Source: Promethearchaeota archaeon | GTDB taxonomy: Archaea; Asgardarchaeota; Lokiarchaeia; Sigyniarchaeales; SOKP01 | Assembly: GCA_011364975.1 (NCBI GenBank) | Contig: RDOE01000009.1 | Span: 1-62,860 of the forward strand | Length of the DNA: 62,860 nt | Direction of reading: 5' to 3' | Shown here: piece after piece, positions 1 through 10,171 of the stretch | Layout: each line of letters starts with the position of its first letter | Numbering within the stretch: the stretch's first letter is position 1 | Translations under genes and position numbers: made by a program | Notes under the pieces: model-generated | What the model was told of the DNA's origin: nothing | The model's database searches: none | The model's input: only the letters and a program-made list of their open reading frames with translations

Positions 1-346
1 TAAGATAATCATTATATTTGGATCCTTCTTTAGGTAATTCCTCATAAGTTAGCTCGCCTTCTTCTAATTCCTTACCAAAAACAACAACCCAGAGTAGTTC
101 GAAGTAAGTAAGAACTTTTTTGGGGCTACCAGGCATCCATTTAAAGACAGTACTGTGACGTTCACAAGACTCTGTTGATGAGCGTTTTCCTATTTCTCGA
201 AGTAAAATTAGGCTATCCTCTTCATTTTGAGTGACCTCGTTAATTTCTTTAAGAATCTCACGATATAGGAGTGTATAAAACAAAGAATTTGTACTTCTTC
301 CGAATGCTTTGGTTATTTTTTTTAACAACCATTGAAATGCTCCCAA
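1..346 (-). CDS. Bet3/TRAPP-like (TRAPPC3/Trs31-like) protein, 3' end runs off the window; missing from the ORF track
   Basis: Hand translation from TTG at 346, preceded by GGAGGTG: MGAFQWLLKKITKAFGRSTNSLFYTLLYREILKEI...LREIGKR...FELLWVVVFGKE, open to the window edge. The pattern resembles Bet3-family F..L..E/L..IG.R/W..lFGK. Confidence 0.6.
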   Translation of the reverse strand, partial: MGAFQWLLKKITKAFGRSTNSLFYTLLYREILKEINEVTQNEEDSLILLREIGKRSSTESCERHSTVFKWMPGSPKKVLTYFELLWVVVFGKELEEGELTYEELPKEGSKYNDYL

Positions 347-348
347 GA

Positions 349-858
349 TTAGGCACCTCCTTGGCGATATACGTATTCGTGGATACAAATTTTATGGCCT
401 AAAACTCTTGATTCTTTAACATCAAGATTATCTACTAAAAAAGGAGATTTTTCTCCTAATTCTTGATTGATTAATAGGATAAATTCCGATACCATTGCAG
501 TTATTATTTCACATCCCGCAGCTTCAATATCTTGAAAATAATACTTACAGAGCGGACAATCCGAATCTTTAATTTGAATTTTTTTATTAATATCGTCTAT
601 TTCAATAGAAACTGAGCTATTTAAAACATTTTTATATAAAGTAGCAATTACATTCTTAAAATTAGAAATATCGACGTATTCGATAGGCTTCCAATATTGA
701 ATATACGTTCGAGCAATATTTTGCCCAATTCTTCTTAATCTCTGTTTGATCTCAGTAATATTATTAATTTTTAAGAATCTTTGTAGATGATATATTGCAT
801 TTCGCATTTGATTCATAGTTGCATCTGATTTAATTAGATCTTCTCTCGTGTAATTCAT
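349..858 (-). CDS. V4R/Bet3-like (TRAPP-related) protein with probable Zn site
   Basis: LRRIGQNIA helix, DCPLC, GCEIITAMV and C-terminal HKICIH fit the V4R/NO-binding/Bet3 fold cysteine pattern. Confidence 0.65.
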   Translation of the reverse strand: MNYTREDLIKSDATMNQMRNAIYHLQRFLKINNITEIKQRLRRIGQNIARTYIQYWKPIEYVDISNFKNVIATLYKNVLNSSVSIEIDDINKKIQIKDSDCPLCKYYFQDIEAAGCEIITAMVSEFILLINQELGEKSPFLVDNLDVKESRVLGHKICIHEYVYRQGGA

Positions 859-1013
859 TTTTCCACAATTACTTCAATTAATTTTAAATAAATATTGAAA
901 AAAAGCTAATTATTTTAATATTTTCAATTGATTTAACAGATGATCAGTATGTTATTTTATAAGTTGAATTTTAATAATAATTTGAATTAATATGAATTGT
1001 ATTAAAATAATAA

Positions 1014-1670
1014 GTGATAATTATGGAATATCAAATGGAAATTTTTTGGTTAGGACACGCTTGTTTTAAGATAAAGCATTATAGTGGTCGAATTATTTAT
1101 TTGGATCCATATCAAATAAAGGAAGGTGAAGAAAAAGCGGATATAATTGTTTCTTCGCACAGTCATGGAGACCATTTTTCAAAACCGGATATAAAAAAAA
1201 TTTGGAAAGAGAATACCATTTTAATAGGTCCTGAAAGCATTAAGAAAGAGTTAGAAAAGTTCAATGGAAAACCCTTGAAAATAGGGGAAACACTCACCCT
1301 AGAAGATCTTACAATTGAACTTGTTCCAGCTTATACGATAAATAAACCTACTCATCCTAAAAGCAATCAATGGAGTGGTACTATTATAATATCAGCGGAT
1401 CGCAAAATTTATCATGCAGGAGATACGGAAAGAATACCTGAAATGAAGAATTTATCTAAAAGAAAGATAGATGTGGCAATTCTACCTTGCGGAGGAACTT
1501 ATACTATGGATTTTGAAGAAGCAACCGATGCTGCTCTAGACATTAAACCTAAGATAGTGGTTCCTATGCATAATTGGGGTAAAGATTTGCAGGAATTTAA
1601 GAAAATTATGTTAAGAAAAGATCCCCAAATACAAGTTGAAATCCTTGAGAGAAAGTCGTTAAAAGTTTAA
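1014..1670 (+). CDS. MBL-fold metallo-hydrolase (UPF0173/UlaG-like); likely start ATG 1023 or 1035
   Basis: WLGHACF, SHSHGDH, YHAGDT and VPMH motifs. Confidence 0.9.
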   Translation: MIIMEYQMEIFWLGHACFKIKHYSGRIIYLDPYQIKEGEEKADIIVSSHSHGDHFSKPDIKKIWKENTILIGPESIKKELEKFNGKPLKIGETLTLEDLTIELVPAYTINKPTHPKSNQWSGTIIISADRKIYHAGDTERIPEMKNLSKRKIDVAILPCGGTYTMDFEEATDAALDIKPKIVVPMHNWGKDLQEFKKIMLRKDPQIQVEILERKSLKV

Positions 1671-1773
1671 ATATTAAATCTAAAATATCGTAAATTTATT
1701 TATCTCTTTATTCAAGTTTATATTACTAAATTTCTATTTTTTTCTTGATACAAAAAATCTTGATGAGATCGAT

Positions 1774-2373
1774 ATGGATATTTATAATGTTGGAGTTAGA
1801 GGGGGATTAAAGAAAACAAATAAACCTGTTTTTGATGAAGAAAATGTTATAATGATTTATGATTATCCAACAATTTATATATGGTTTGGAAAAAATATAC
1901 CTGAGAAAAGAAAAAATATTAGTATTGTAAAGGCAAAATTGCTTAGCAAAAATAAAGAGAGTATTGCAAATTTACAAATAATAAATCAGGATAAAGAATA
2001 TGGAGCGTTTCTTGACATTTTTGATCTTCTACGCCATGAAAATGTGAGCAGTATTGAAAAAATGAGGCGTCCAGAATTACATATTGAATATGATGCTACC
2101 TTAGAATTTCTTGAAGCGGGTTTAGATCCTGACCTTGAAGCCGAAATAACAATTGCCTCACATTCCATTTCAGAACAAAAAAAATCCTATGATGAATTAT
2201 GCAGAATTTTAGCCAAGTTACAACTTTCACTGATTAAAGATAATTCAAAAATCACTAAACAAGAAATTGAACTAAAAACGAAAGAAATTTTTGCTTCCTC
2301 TTCCACTTATGATGAATTATGCTGGTTAATAGCTCAATTAACTATGTTAAAAGAAAAGAATGAATTAAAATAA
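1774..2373 (+). CDS. Single gelsolin-like domain plus C-terminal helical repeat domain (Asgard 1DGelX-like)
   Basis: N-terminal VIMIYD..TIYIWFGK...IINQDKE..AF is gelsolin-like. The C-terminus repeats YDELC(R/W)..A.L twice. Confidence 0.6.
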   Translation: MDIYNVGVRGGLKKTNKPVFDEENVIMIYDYPTIYIWFGKNIPEKRKNISIVKAKLLSKNKESIANLQIINQDKEYGAFLDIFDLLRHENVSSIEKMRRPELHIEYDATLEFLEAGLDPDLEAEITIASHSISEQKKSYDELCRILAKLQLSLIKDNSKITKQEIELKTKEIFASSSTYDELCWLIAQLTMLKEKNELK

Positions 2374-2519
2374 GGATTGATGTAATCATAGTAGGTTAAT
2401 ATTCTATAAAGAAAACCAATAAAAGCAATTAAATATTAGTGCTAAATACTATTAAACAAATTAGTAAAAACTTGAATCATTATTAAAAAAACAGATATTT
2501 ATATTTAAATGGATGAATT

Positions 2520-2879
2520 ATGACGAGTATCGAAGAACTAAATAATTATGGTATAAATCTCCCTGATGATTTTAGTGATGGGGTAGTTATATGTGATATA
2601 TATACCAATTGGTGTGGTCCATGCAAAATTTTAAGCCCTGTATTAGAGAAACTGGCATCAGAAGGGTTAATTAAATTATTTAAAGTAGATTTAGAGCAAA
2701 ATAGACCTTTAGGTGAAAGATTCTCTGTACACGCTATTCCAACATTATTATTCTTTAAAGAAGGAAAATTAATAGAAGAAAGTGTAATAATAGATGGAGA
2801 GAAAGCGGTAGAAAACGGTAAAATGGTTGGTAACTGGGGAGAAAAAAGAATAAGAGAAGTTATTTCAAAAATCGGTTAA
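2520..2879 (+). CDS. trxA: Thioredoxin
   Basis: WCGPC active site and IPTLLFFK. Confidence 0.9.
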   Translation: MTSIEELNNYGINLPDDFSDGVVICDIYTNWCGPCKILSPVLEKLASEGLIKLFKVDLEQNRPLGERFSVHAIPTLLFFKEGKLIEESVIIDGEKAVENGKMVGNWGEKRIREVISKIG

Positions 2880-3006
2880 TAAAGTAATATTCTGTTTCAA
2901 GTTTAAAATTTTAATAACATTTATGCTTTATTTAACCAAAAACAGAAAAGAATTAATTTTTTAATTTAATGAAAGTTAATTAATATATAGTTTTATTATA
3001 ATAAAG

Positions 3007-3519
3007 ATGGAAATTATGGCTACTATTGATTTTGATTTTCGGAATCAAATTATACAAAATGATATTGGAAATACATTAGCTTATTGTTATCAGTGTGCTA
3101 CATGCAGTGGGGCGTGCCCAGTCGCACAAGTAACGAACGGGAAATATAATCCTAGAAGGTTAATTTTAGATGCGCTTCTTGGGTTAAAAGAAAAAATTTT
3201 TGGTAAAGAAAATGCATTTGGTATATGGGGATGTACTGTATGTGATACATGTGATGAAGTTTGCCCCCAAAAAGTAGAATTGACTGAGATCTTTACAATA
3301 TTAAAAAATATGAGTGTAGAAAAAGGTGAATCGCCTGATTATTATACTACACAAGCATCCACTATTTTAGAAAATGGTAAAGCTATCCCTATGCAACCCG
3401 CTATTGAAAGAAGAAGAGAACAATTAGGCTTACCAAAAGTATTATCACCTGATGTGGAGGAAGTTCAAAAATTATTAAAGTCCACTAAATTATCAGAAAA
3501 GATCAAAAAAGAAGTTTAA
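3007..3519 (+). CDS. hdrC: Heterodisulfide reductase subunit C-like 2x[4Fe-4S] protein
   Basis: CYQCATCSGACP and CTVCDTCDEVCP; C-terminal RREQLGLP. Confidence 0.8.
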   Translation: MEIMATIDFDFRNQIIQNDIGNTLAYCYQCATCSGACPVAQVTNGKYNPRRLILDALLGLKEKIFGKENAFGIWGCTVCDTCDEVCPQKVELTEIFTILKNMSVEKGESPDYYTTQASTILENGKAIPMQPAIERRREQLGLPKVLSPDVEEVQKLLKSTKLSEKIKKEV

Positions 3520-3650
3520 TTCTTTCTATTACTCTTTTTTAATAAATAACTAATAATAATACTTTAGAAAAATTTATCATTGTCAATTAAGTTAAATTTT
3601 AATATTAAATAATCTAAAATTTGAATAGTATGTATAAGAGGATTTGAAAA

Positions 3651-4415
3651 ATGAGAATGCCAATAATTGGTGGTAATTGGAAGATGAATAGGGGTTCTCC
3701 ATCATCTGCTATAACTATGTTGAGAGTATTGAAGAGATTGGTTAAAAATATACATAATGTTGAGATTGTTATTGCACCACCTTTCACAGCATTGTTTTCT
3801 GTCATTCAGTATTTAAAGAAGACTGTTATAAGAGTTGGGGCTCAGAATGTGTATTTTGAGGATAGTGGGGCGTTCACCGGAGAGATTTCTCCAAAATTCT
3901 TAAAAGAGATCGGTTGTGAATATGTTATCCTTGGACATAGTGAAAGAAGGAATATATTTCTGGAATCTGATGAAGTAATTAATAAAAAAATTAAAAAATC
4001 CTTGAGTTATGGCTTAAGACCCATAGTCTGTATAGGGGAACATCTTGAAGACCGAGAAGCAGGTAATACAGAAAGAGTAATTGAAAAACAACTTGAATAT
4101 ACCTTTAAAGATTTAAATAAGAAAGATATGATGAATATAGTGATTGCTTATGAACCAATATGGGCAATTGGAACGGGAAAAACAGCTACTCCAGAACAAG
4201 CAGAGGAAATTCACAGATTTATAAGGAATTATTTAGGAGAAAAATACGATAATGATTTAAAAACCGGTATTAGAATTCAATATGGGGGGTCAATTAACCC
4301 TAGTAATGCTGAAGCTTTGTTTCAAAAAGAAAATATTGATGGTGGTTTAGTGGGAGGCGCTTCATTAGAAGCAGAATCTCTCTATGAAATAATTAAATCA
4401 GCAGAGAGATCGTAG
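3651..4415 (+). CDS. tpiA: Triosephosphate isomerase (bacterial/eukaryotic type)
   Basis: GGNWKMN, LGHSERR, AYEPIWAIGTG and LVGGASL. Confidence 0.97.
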   Translation: MRMPIIGGNWKMNRGSPSSAITMLRVLKRLVKNIHNVEIVIAPPFTALFSVIQYLKKTVIRVGAQNVYFEDSGAFTGEISPKFLKEIGCEYVILGHSERRNIFLESDEVINKKIKKSLSYGLRPIVCIGEHLEDREAGNTERVIEKQLEYTFKDLNKKDMMNIVIAYEPIWAIGTGKTATPEQAEEIHRFIRNYLGEKYDNDLKTGIRIQYGGSINPSNAEALFQKENIDGGLVGGASLEAESLYEIIKSAERS

Positions 4416-4442
4416 AATTCAAAGTCCTAATTAGAAAATATT

Positions 4443-5300
4443 TTATCCTAAAATTTGATTAAAACGACTAGTCAATTTTGCGGGGAATTCTCCTAAGTAA
4501 GATTGCGGATCCGCAAATAATAAGTAAAAATAAGGCTCAAATAACCCATTTACCGTAGGACCAACTCCTGATTTTATGATATAAACCCAGATCTGTTCAT
4601 TTAAAATGTTAGATTGTCGATAAATCCATTCAAATGGAGAGATTTCAGGAAAAACTCCAATATTTCTTAATATAACATCAACATCATCTAATTTATATTT
4701 TTTACCAAAAAGAATTATCGGAGAAAGGTCAAATGATGTAATACAAATCCCATTCAAGCCATAAGATTTCATATTAGAGAGAAATTCATTACTTTCATTG
4801 GTTATTTCATTTTTATTTTTCTTGATTATATTTCTTGCATCAGAATCGTTTAATATCTCTATTATTATATCAATTTCATTCTGTAGCAAATCCAAGGCAG
4901 AGTCGAGTGGGATTTTTGAAGATATTACCAAATCATAAATTATTTTGATCTTTTCTTTAACAGATTTATGTAATAGATAAGGTTCAGTTTGAACTGTGAT
5001 TAAAACATCTCCCTCAAATCCATTATCTTTTTTATCCTTTTTATTAGTTTCCTTAGATTTAAACTCAAGCAATTCTATTTTTTTATTTATATTTCTTGCA
5101 AATTCAAATAATGCGGAAATTAGTCCAGCATTTAATTCAAACGTGCTAGTATCATTTAAGTTAGGAATAATTTCTCTTTTATCTCTTGAAAAATCATAAA
5201 ATCTTAAATATAGGTTAACCCCCTCAGGAGGTTTCTTTAGTTTAAGATTATGATAGGGAAATCCCGTATTTGTAATAACGGAGAACTCATAATAAGTCAT
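4443..5300 (-). CDS. Hypothetical protein, possibly tandem longin/roadblock-like domains
   Basis: FSVITNTGFPY...AGLISALFEFA resembles longin beta1-beta2-alpha1. The second half GLNGICITSFDLSPI...YFYLLFAD...LGE resembles a roadblock/longin alpha-beta domain. Confidence 0.4.
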   Translation of the reverse strand: MTYYEFSVITNTGFPYHNLKLKKPPEGVNLYLRFYDFSRDKREIIPNLNDTSTFELNAGLISALFEFARNINKKIELLEFKSKETNKKDKKDNGFEGDVLITVQTEPYLLHKSVKEKIKIIYDLVISSKIPLDSALDLLQNEIDIIIEILNDSDARNIIKKNKNEITNESNEFLSNMKSYGLNGICITSFDLSPIILFGKKYKLDDVDVILRNIGVFPEISPFEWIYRQSNILNEQIWVYIIKSGVGPTVNGLFEPYFYLLFADPQSYLGEFPAKLTSRFNQILG

Positions 5301-5446
5301 TTTAATGCAGTACAGTAATAATGTATTTCTGAAGAATAATTCATTAATCTAAATTTCTATATTAATAGATTTAAGTTGAAGTATTTAAATTAATGTACTT
5401 AATACGTAGGTAATATTTAGAGCAATATTTTAGTAAAAGTAATAAT

Positions 5447-8239
5447 TTATTGAATGACGATAGCGGGCTTTCCAGGTAAAGCATGATACTTTTTTTCTGA
5501 TTTTGAATCTTTCTCTAATAAAACAGATACCTCACAATTATATTTCTTTTGAACAATTGGTATCAACTCATTGAAGAATTCAAGTTCTTTTTGTTTGGTA
5601 AGATTATAGCTTGAAAATTTCCCTATATTTTTAAGAATCTTAGTGATTATCTGGCTAATTGATTTACTATAAGGCTTTAAATTTTGATCTTTCATCAAAT
5701 TTTTCATAATCTCTCCTTGGTTTTTATTTTTCTGAATAATTGGCATCAACTTCGTATAAAATGCAAATTTCCAATCATCAGCAATAACGATTGTGATTTT
5801 TTTAATTTCATTTAGTTTAGTAGCTAATTTAATGCTATTTATGTCATCTAATGTGTTATTCATTAAATTCCATTTAAAATCATTTTCGCTCGTTAGAAAT
5901 TCCTCATTATATAAAGGCCATTTTGCGAGACTTATGACATCTTTTTTCCCCATAGACTCCCAGATCTCCTCTGTTAAATGTGGAGCAATTGGGTGAAATA
6001 GAAGGGTCAATTTTTCACGGCAATCATCAAAAACCGCTTTTAATCCCCCTTCATTATAATATTTTGTGAAATCTGTTGTAAATTGGATAATATGATTTAT
6101 GGCATCTCTTATTTCAAGGTTTTCAAAACTTTCAGTTACATTTTTTATTGATCTGTTTAGATTATATAAAATTAGTTCATCCCTAATTGTCGGTTCTTTT
6201 CGAATCTGGTTTATTTCTCCAGTAATAATCGTATAAAAGTTTCGAACAAACCTATATGCTGATTCTATTCCATCTTCAGACCATTCTAATCCAGATCTAG
6301 GGCTAGCTCCGAAAAGTATGAAATATCTGGCTGCGTCAGCACCATATTTATTCATTATTCCTATAGGATCGACAATGTTACCTAAACTTTTACTCATTTT
6401 AACGCTTTTTAAGACATATTGTGTCCCGCATCGTTTACAATTTTTATTACCCATTTCTGCTTTTAAAGCAAAGGTTTCACAATTCGGACAAAATGGGTGT
6501 GATTTATTTATCATTCCCTGAGTTAATAATCGTTGAAATGGTTCACTGAATTTATGAAGACCAATATCATAGGTAAATTTCGTAAAAAATCGTGCATACA
6601 ACAAATGAAGAATTGCATGCTCAACACCTCCCACATAAAAATCTACATTCATCCAGTAATTGGCAATTTTCTTTCTATACGGTAATTCCTTAGACTCGGG
6701 ATCGCAGTATCTAAAGAAGTACCATGAACTATCCACAAATGTGTCCATTGTATCAGTTTCTCTTTTAGCATCTTCACCACATTTAGGACATACAGTTTGA
6801 ACAAAAGTTTCGCTTGTTTCTAAAGGATTTCCATGTCCTGTAAATTTAACATCCTTCGGTAGTAATACTGGTAAATCATCGTATGGAACTGGTACAACAC
6901 CACATTTTTTGCAGTAGATCATAGGGATTGGACATCCCCAATATCTCTGTCGCGAAATTAACCAATCTCTTAATTTATAATTTATCGTAGCATATCCACA
7001 ATCTTTCTCTTCAAGTTTTTTATTCATTAATTTCATAGCATTTCGATTTTCCATACCATTAAACTCATCAGAATTAACTAATGTACCGTCACCTTCATAA
7101 GCTCTGGACATCTTATTTGCATCAATTTCATAATCAAATGGTTGTATTACTACCTTAATTGGTATATTGTAAGTTTTAGCAAATTCAAAATCTCTTTGAT
7201 CATGCGCGGGTACTGCCATCACAGCTCCAGCGCCATATTCATAAATAACAAAGTTACCGACAAAAATAGGGATATTTTTACCAGTTAGTGGATTTAATGC
7301 CTCTTTCCCTATGAACATCCCTTTTTTTTCGATTTCTACATCAGTTCGTTCAAATTTGTTCTGTTTCATAACCTCTTCATAAAAATCATTAAAATTTTTT
7401 TCATAATCACTATTTATGACCCATTCTCTTACCCAAGGGTGTTCTGGGGCAAAAACCATGAAAGTTACTCCATATAATGTGTCCACTCTAGTTGTAAATA
7501 TATCAATTGTTCTTTTTTCTCCTACAATAGGAAATTTTATTATAGTTCCTTCAGATCTTCCTATCCAATTCCTCTGCATCAATTTAACTTCTTCCGGCCA
7601 ATCTACCTGGTTCAATCCTTCCAATAATTCTTCAGCATAATCTCTGATTTTAAGAAACCACTGAGTTAAAAACTTTTGTTCAACTTCCGAACTACATCTC
7701 CAGCATTTACTATTTAATACTTGTTCATTTGCTAAAACAGTAAAACATTGAGGACACCAATTAACATACGATTCTTGACGGTAAGCAAGACCCTTCTCAA
7801 ACATTTTCAAAAAAAGCCATTGATCCCATTTATAATAATTTGGATCATGGCTAAAGATCATACGATTCCAATCATATGACAGTCCAATTCGTTTTTGTTG
7901 TTTTTTTATAGTTTTTATATTTAAATCTGTCCAACTTTCTGGATTTTCACCGTGATCTATAGCTGCGTTTTCAGCAGGAAGTCCGAAAGAATCATATCCC
8001 ATCGGGTAAAGTACATTATATCCTCTCATTCTTTTAAACCTTGCGAAAGCATCACCTATTGAATAATTTCTCAGATGACCAATATGTAACTCAGAACTAG
8101 GATAAGGATACATTTCCAATACGTAAAATTTTTCTTTTTTTTTGCTCAAGTCAGCTTTTACTTTGAAAGTGGTATCTTTTTCCCATCTATTTTGCCACTT
8201 TTTCTCTATCTTTTGAAAATTATACTCAAAATCGACCAT
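5447..8239 (-). CDS. leuS: Leucyl-tRNA synthetase
   Basis: [22 protein letters not shown] editing motif, [11 protein letters not shown] and KMSKS. Confidence 0.97.
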   Translation of the reverse strand: MVDFEYNFQKIEKKWQNRWEKDTTFKVKADLSKKKEKFYVLEMYPYPSSELHIGHLRNYSIGDAFARFKRMRGYNVLYPMGYDSFGLPAENAAIDHGENPESWTDLNIKTIKKQQKRIGLSYDWNRMIFSHDPNYYKWDQWLFLKMFEKGLAYRQESYVNWCPQCFTVLANEQVLNSKCWRCSSEVEQKFLTQWFLKIRDYAEELLEGLNQVDWPEEVKLMQRNWIGRSEGTIIKFPIVGEKRTIDIFTTRVDTLYGVTFMVFAPEHPWVREWVINSDYEKNFNDFYEEVMKQNKFERTDVEIEKKGMFIGKEALNPLTGKNIPIFVGNFVIYEYGAGAVMAVPAHDQRDFEFAKTYNIPIKVVIQPFDYEIDANKMSRAYEGDGTLVNSDEFNGMENRNAMKLMNKKLEEKDCGYATINYKLRDWLISRQRYWGCPIPMIYCKKCGVVPVPYDDLPVLLPKDVKFTGHGNPLETSETFVQTVCPKCGEDAKRETDTMDTFVDSSWYFFRYCDPESKELPYRKKIANYWMNVDFYVGGVEHAILHLLYARFFTKFTYDIGLHKFSEPFQRLLTQGMINKSHPFCPNCETFALKAEMGNKNCKRCGTQYVLKSVKMSKSLGNIVDPIGIMNKYGADAARYFILFGASPRSGLEWSEDGIESAYRFVRNFYTIITGEINQIRKEPTIRDELILYNLNRSIKNVTESFENLEIRDAINHIIQFTTDFTKYYNEGGLKAVFDDCREKLTLLFHPIAPHLTEEIWESMGKKDVISLAKWPLYNEEFLTSENDFKWNLMNNTLDDINSIKLATKLNEIKKITIVIADDWKFAFYTKLMPIIQKNKNQGEIMKNLMKDQNLKPYSKSISQIITKILKNIGKFSSYNLTKQKELEFFNELIPIVQKKYNCEVSVLLEKDSKSEKKYHALPGKPAIVIQ

Positions 8240-8373
8240 GTAGATTCAAACCACTATGTATGAAATTAAGAAAATAAATATAATCTTAAATAAATGATTC
8301 AATAAATTTTTTTGGAAATTCACTATAAATTATATCGAAAAAGCTTAATTTTATAGAATAATTAAATTATCTA

Positions 8374-9375
8374 ATGGCAATAGAGAAGATACGGGTTTCA
8401 ATTGGGAGTGCTGCGGTTTTAGGACTATATCAAACTGAAAAATTTAAGGATATTCCGACTACATGCTATATTATGACATATATAAAAGGTCGCTGTTTAG
8501 CAAATTGTGGATTTTGCCCTCAAGCTAGAGAATCTGAAAGTTCAACTGAAAAACTCTCTCGTATTAGTTGGCCAATTTTTTCTTTCAAAGATTTTATAAC
8601 TAAACTCACTTATTTACCACCTACAAAGCATTTTAAGAGAATTTGCATTCAATCATTAAATTATCCGGGAAATTTTGATGACCTGATTGAAATTGTGACT
8701 AATATTAAGAAAAGCACTAATATCCCTATTTCTATTGCAATACCACCAATGTCAAAAGAAAATCTACAAATTTTAAAGTTAAAGGGGATAGAAAGAATAG
8801 GAATCGCTTTGGATGCCGCAGATCCAAAGATTTTTGATGAAATAAAGGGATTAGGAGTTAAAGGTCCATATAATTGGGATAACCATTTCAAAGCATTGAA
8901 AGAAGCATTAACTATATTTTCTCAAGGGTTTGTTACTACTCACATAATAGTTGGCTTAGGTGAAACAGAAAAAATGGTATTAAATTTAATTGGTCAGTTA
9001 AATAATCTTAAAATTATGGTTAGCTTATTTGCATTTACTCCCATCAAAGGGACTAAACTAGACAAATTAAGTCCACCAAATCTTAGAACTTTTAGAAAGT
9101 TACAGTTAGGTCGTTTTTTAATATTGAACGGATTTCTGACTTTAAACGATTTTACATTTAATTTGAAAGAGGAATTAATAAAAGTTAATATAAATAAACA
9201 AAGTTTAAGAAATATTATCGAAGAAACTAATGCTTTTGAAACATCAGGTTGCCCTGGGTGTAATCGTCCATACTATACTTCAAGGCCTAAAGGTCCAATT
9301 TATAATTATCCAAGAACCCTTTCTGTAGGTGAAAAGGAAGAAATATATGAACAATTATTAAAATATGTAATTTAA
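8374..9375 (+). CDS. lipS2: Radical SAM lipoyl synthase component LipS2
   Basis: CLANCGFC radical SAM motif plus TSGCPGCNRP (the TxGCPxCxRP signature); adjacent to a lipoate ligase. Confidence 0.8.
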   Translation: MAIEKIRVSIGSAAVLGLYQTEKFKDIPTTCYIMTYIKGRCLANCGFCPQARESESSTEKLSRISWPIFSFKDFITKLTYLPPTKHFKRICIQSLNYPGNFDDLIEIVTNIKKSTNIPISIAIPPMSKENLQILKLKGIERIGIALDAADPKIFDEIKGLGVKGPYNWDNHFKALKEALTIFSQGFVTTHIIVGLGETEKMVLNLIGQLNNLKIMVSLFAFTPIKGTKLDKLSPPNLRTFRKLQLGRFLILNGFLTLNDFTFNLKEELIKVNINKQSLRNIIEETNAFETSGCPGCNRPYYTSRPKGPIYNYPRTLSVGEKEEIYEQLLKYVI

Positions 9376-9391
9376 TTATCTATTTCTCATT

Positions 9392-10171
9392 ATGAGTGTC
9401 TGGAGATTAATACCATTAGAGATAAATAATGGTTATTGGAATATGGCGTTAGATGAAGCTATTTTAGAAGCAGTATTAGCTAAAAAATCGCAGTTTACCT
9501 TAAGATTTTATAAATGGAATCCATCAACAGTTTCTATTGGACGAAATCAAAGTCTTTCAGAAGAGGTTAATATGGATTTTGCTGAAGAAAATGGATTTAA
9601 TGTTGTTAGGAGAATAACTGGAGGAGGAGCGGTATTTCATGACAATATGAAAGAAATTACATACTCCCTGATATGCTCAATTAATTTTTTAGAGAATTTA
9701 AAGGCATTTAAAGTTATTGAGCAATTTGAGCTAATTGAGGCAGGAATTGTCTCAGCATTAGGTAATTATGGTTTAACACCAGAAAAAGGAATTATTCATT
9801 GTCCAGCTATTTTTTTAGATGGTAAAAAATTTTCAGGAAATGCCCAAATAAGACGGAGAAATCATATCCTGCAACATGGAACAATTCTTTTAGAAATAGA
9901 TGCGGAACTGATGTATTCAGTGCTTAAAGCACCACATAATGTTTCTAAGTCAAGAATGGTTAAATCGGTTTATGCTAAATGCATAGGGGTAAAAGAAAAA
10001 TTAAATGATTATGATGAAGCAGACTTTTTAAAAGCTTTAAAAATTGGTTTTGAAAAGATTTTAAATATTAAGTTAAAAGAAAGTACTTTTACAGAATACG
10101 AGTTGAAATTAGCTAAAAAATTAGTCATTGAAAAGTATTCTAATATTAAATGGCTTGAAAAGTATGAATGA
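9392..10171 (+). CDS. lplA: Lipoate-protein ligase A / octanoyltransferase family
   Basis: NMALDEA, RRITGGGAVFHD, KKFSGNAQ and LQHGT. Confidence 0.9.
   Translation: MSVWRLIPLEINNGYWNMALDEAILEAVLAKKSQFTLRFYKWNPSTVSIGRNQSLSEEVNMDFAEENGFNVVRRITGGGAVFHDNMKEITYSLICSINFLENLKAFKVIEQFELIEAGIVSALGNYGLTPEKGIIHCPAIFLDGKKFSGNAQIRRRNHILQHGTILLEIDAELMYSVLKAPHNVSKSRMVKSVYAKCIGVKEKLNDYDEADFLKALKIGFEKILNIKLKESTFTEYELKLAKKLVIEKYSNIKWLEKYE

Noticed and set aside
3007-3519. Possible selenoprotein or SECIS signal near hdrC/thioredoxin
   Set aside because: No in-frame TGA at Cys positions and no convincing downstream hairpin.
10128-10163. ORF-track TTG start for lipS1
   Set aside because: It overlaps lplA by 44 nt; ATG 10164 next to the lplA stop is more plausible.
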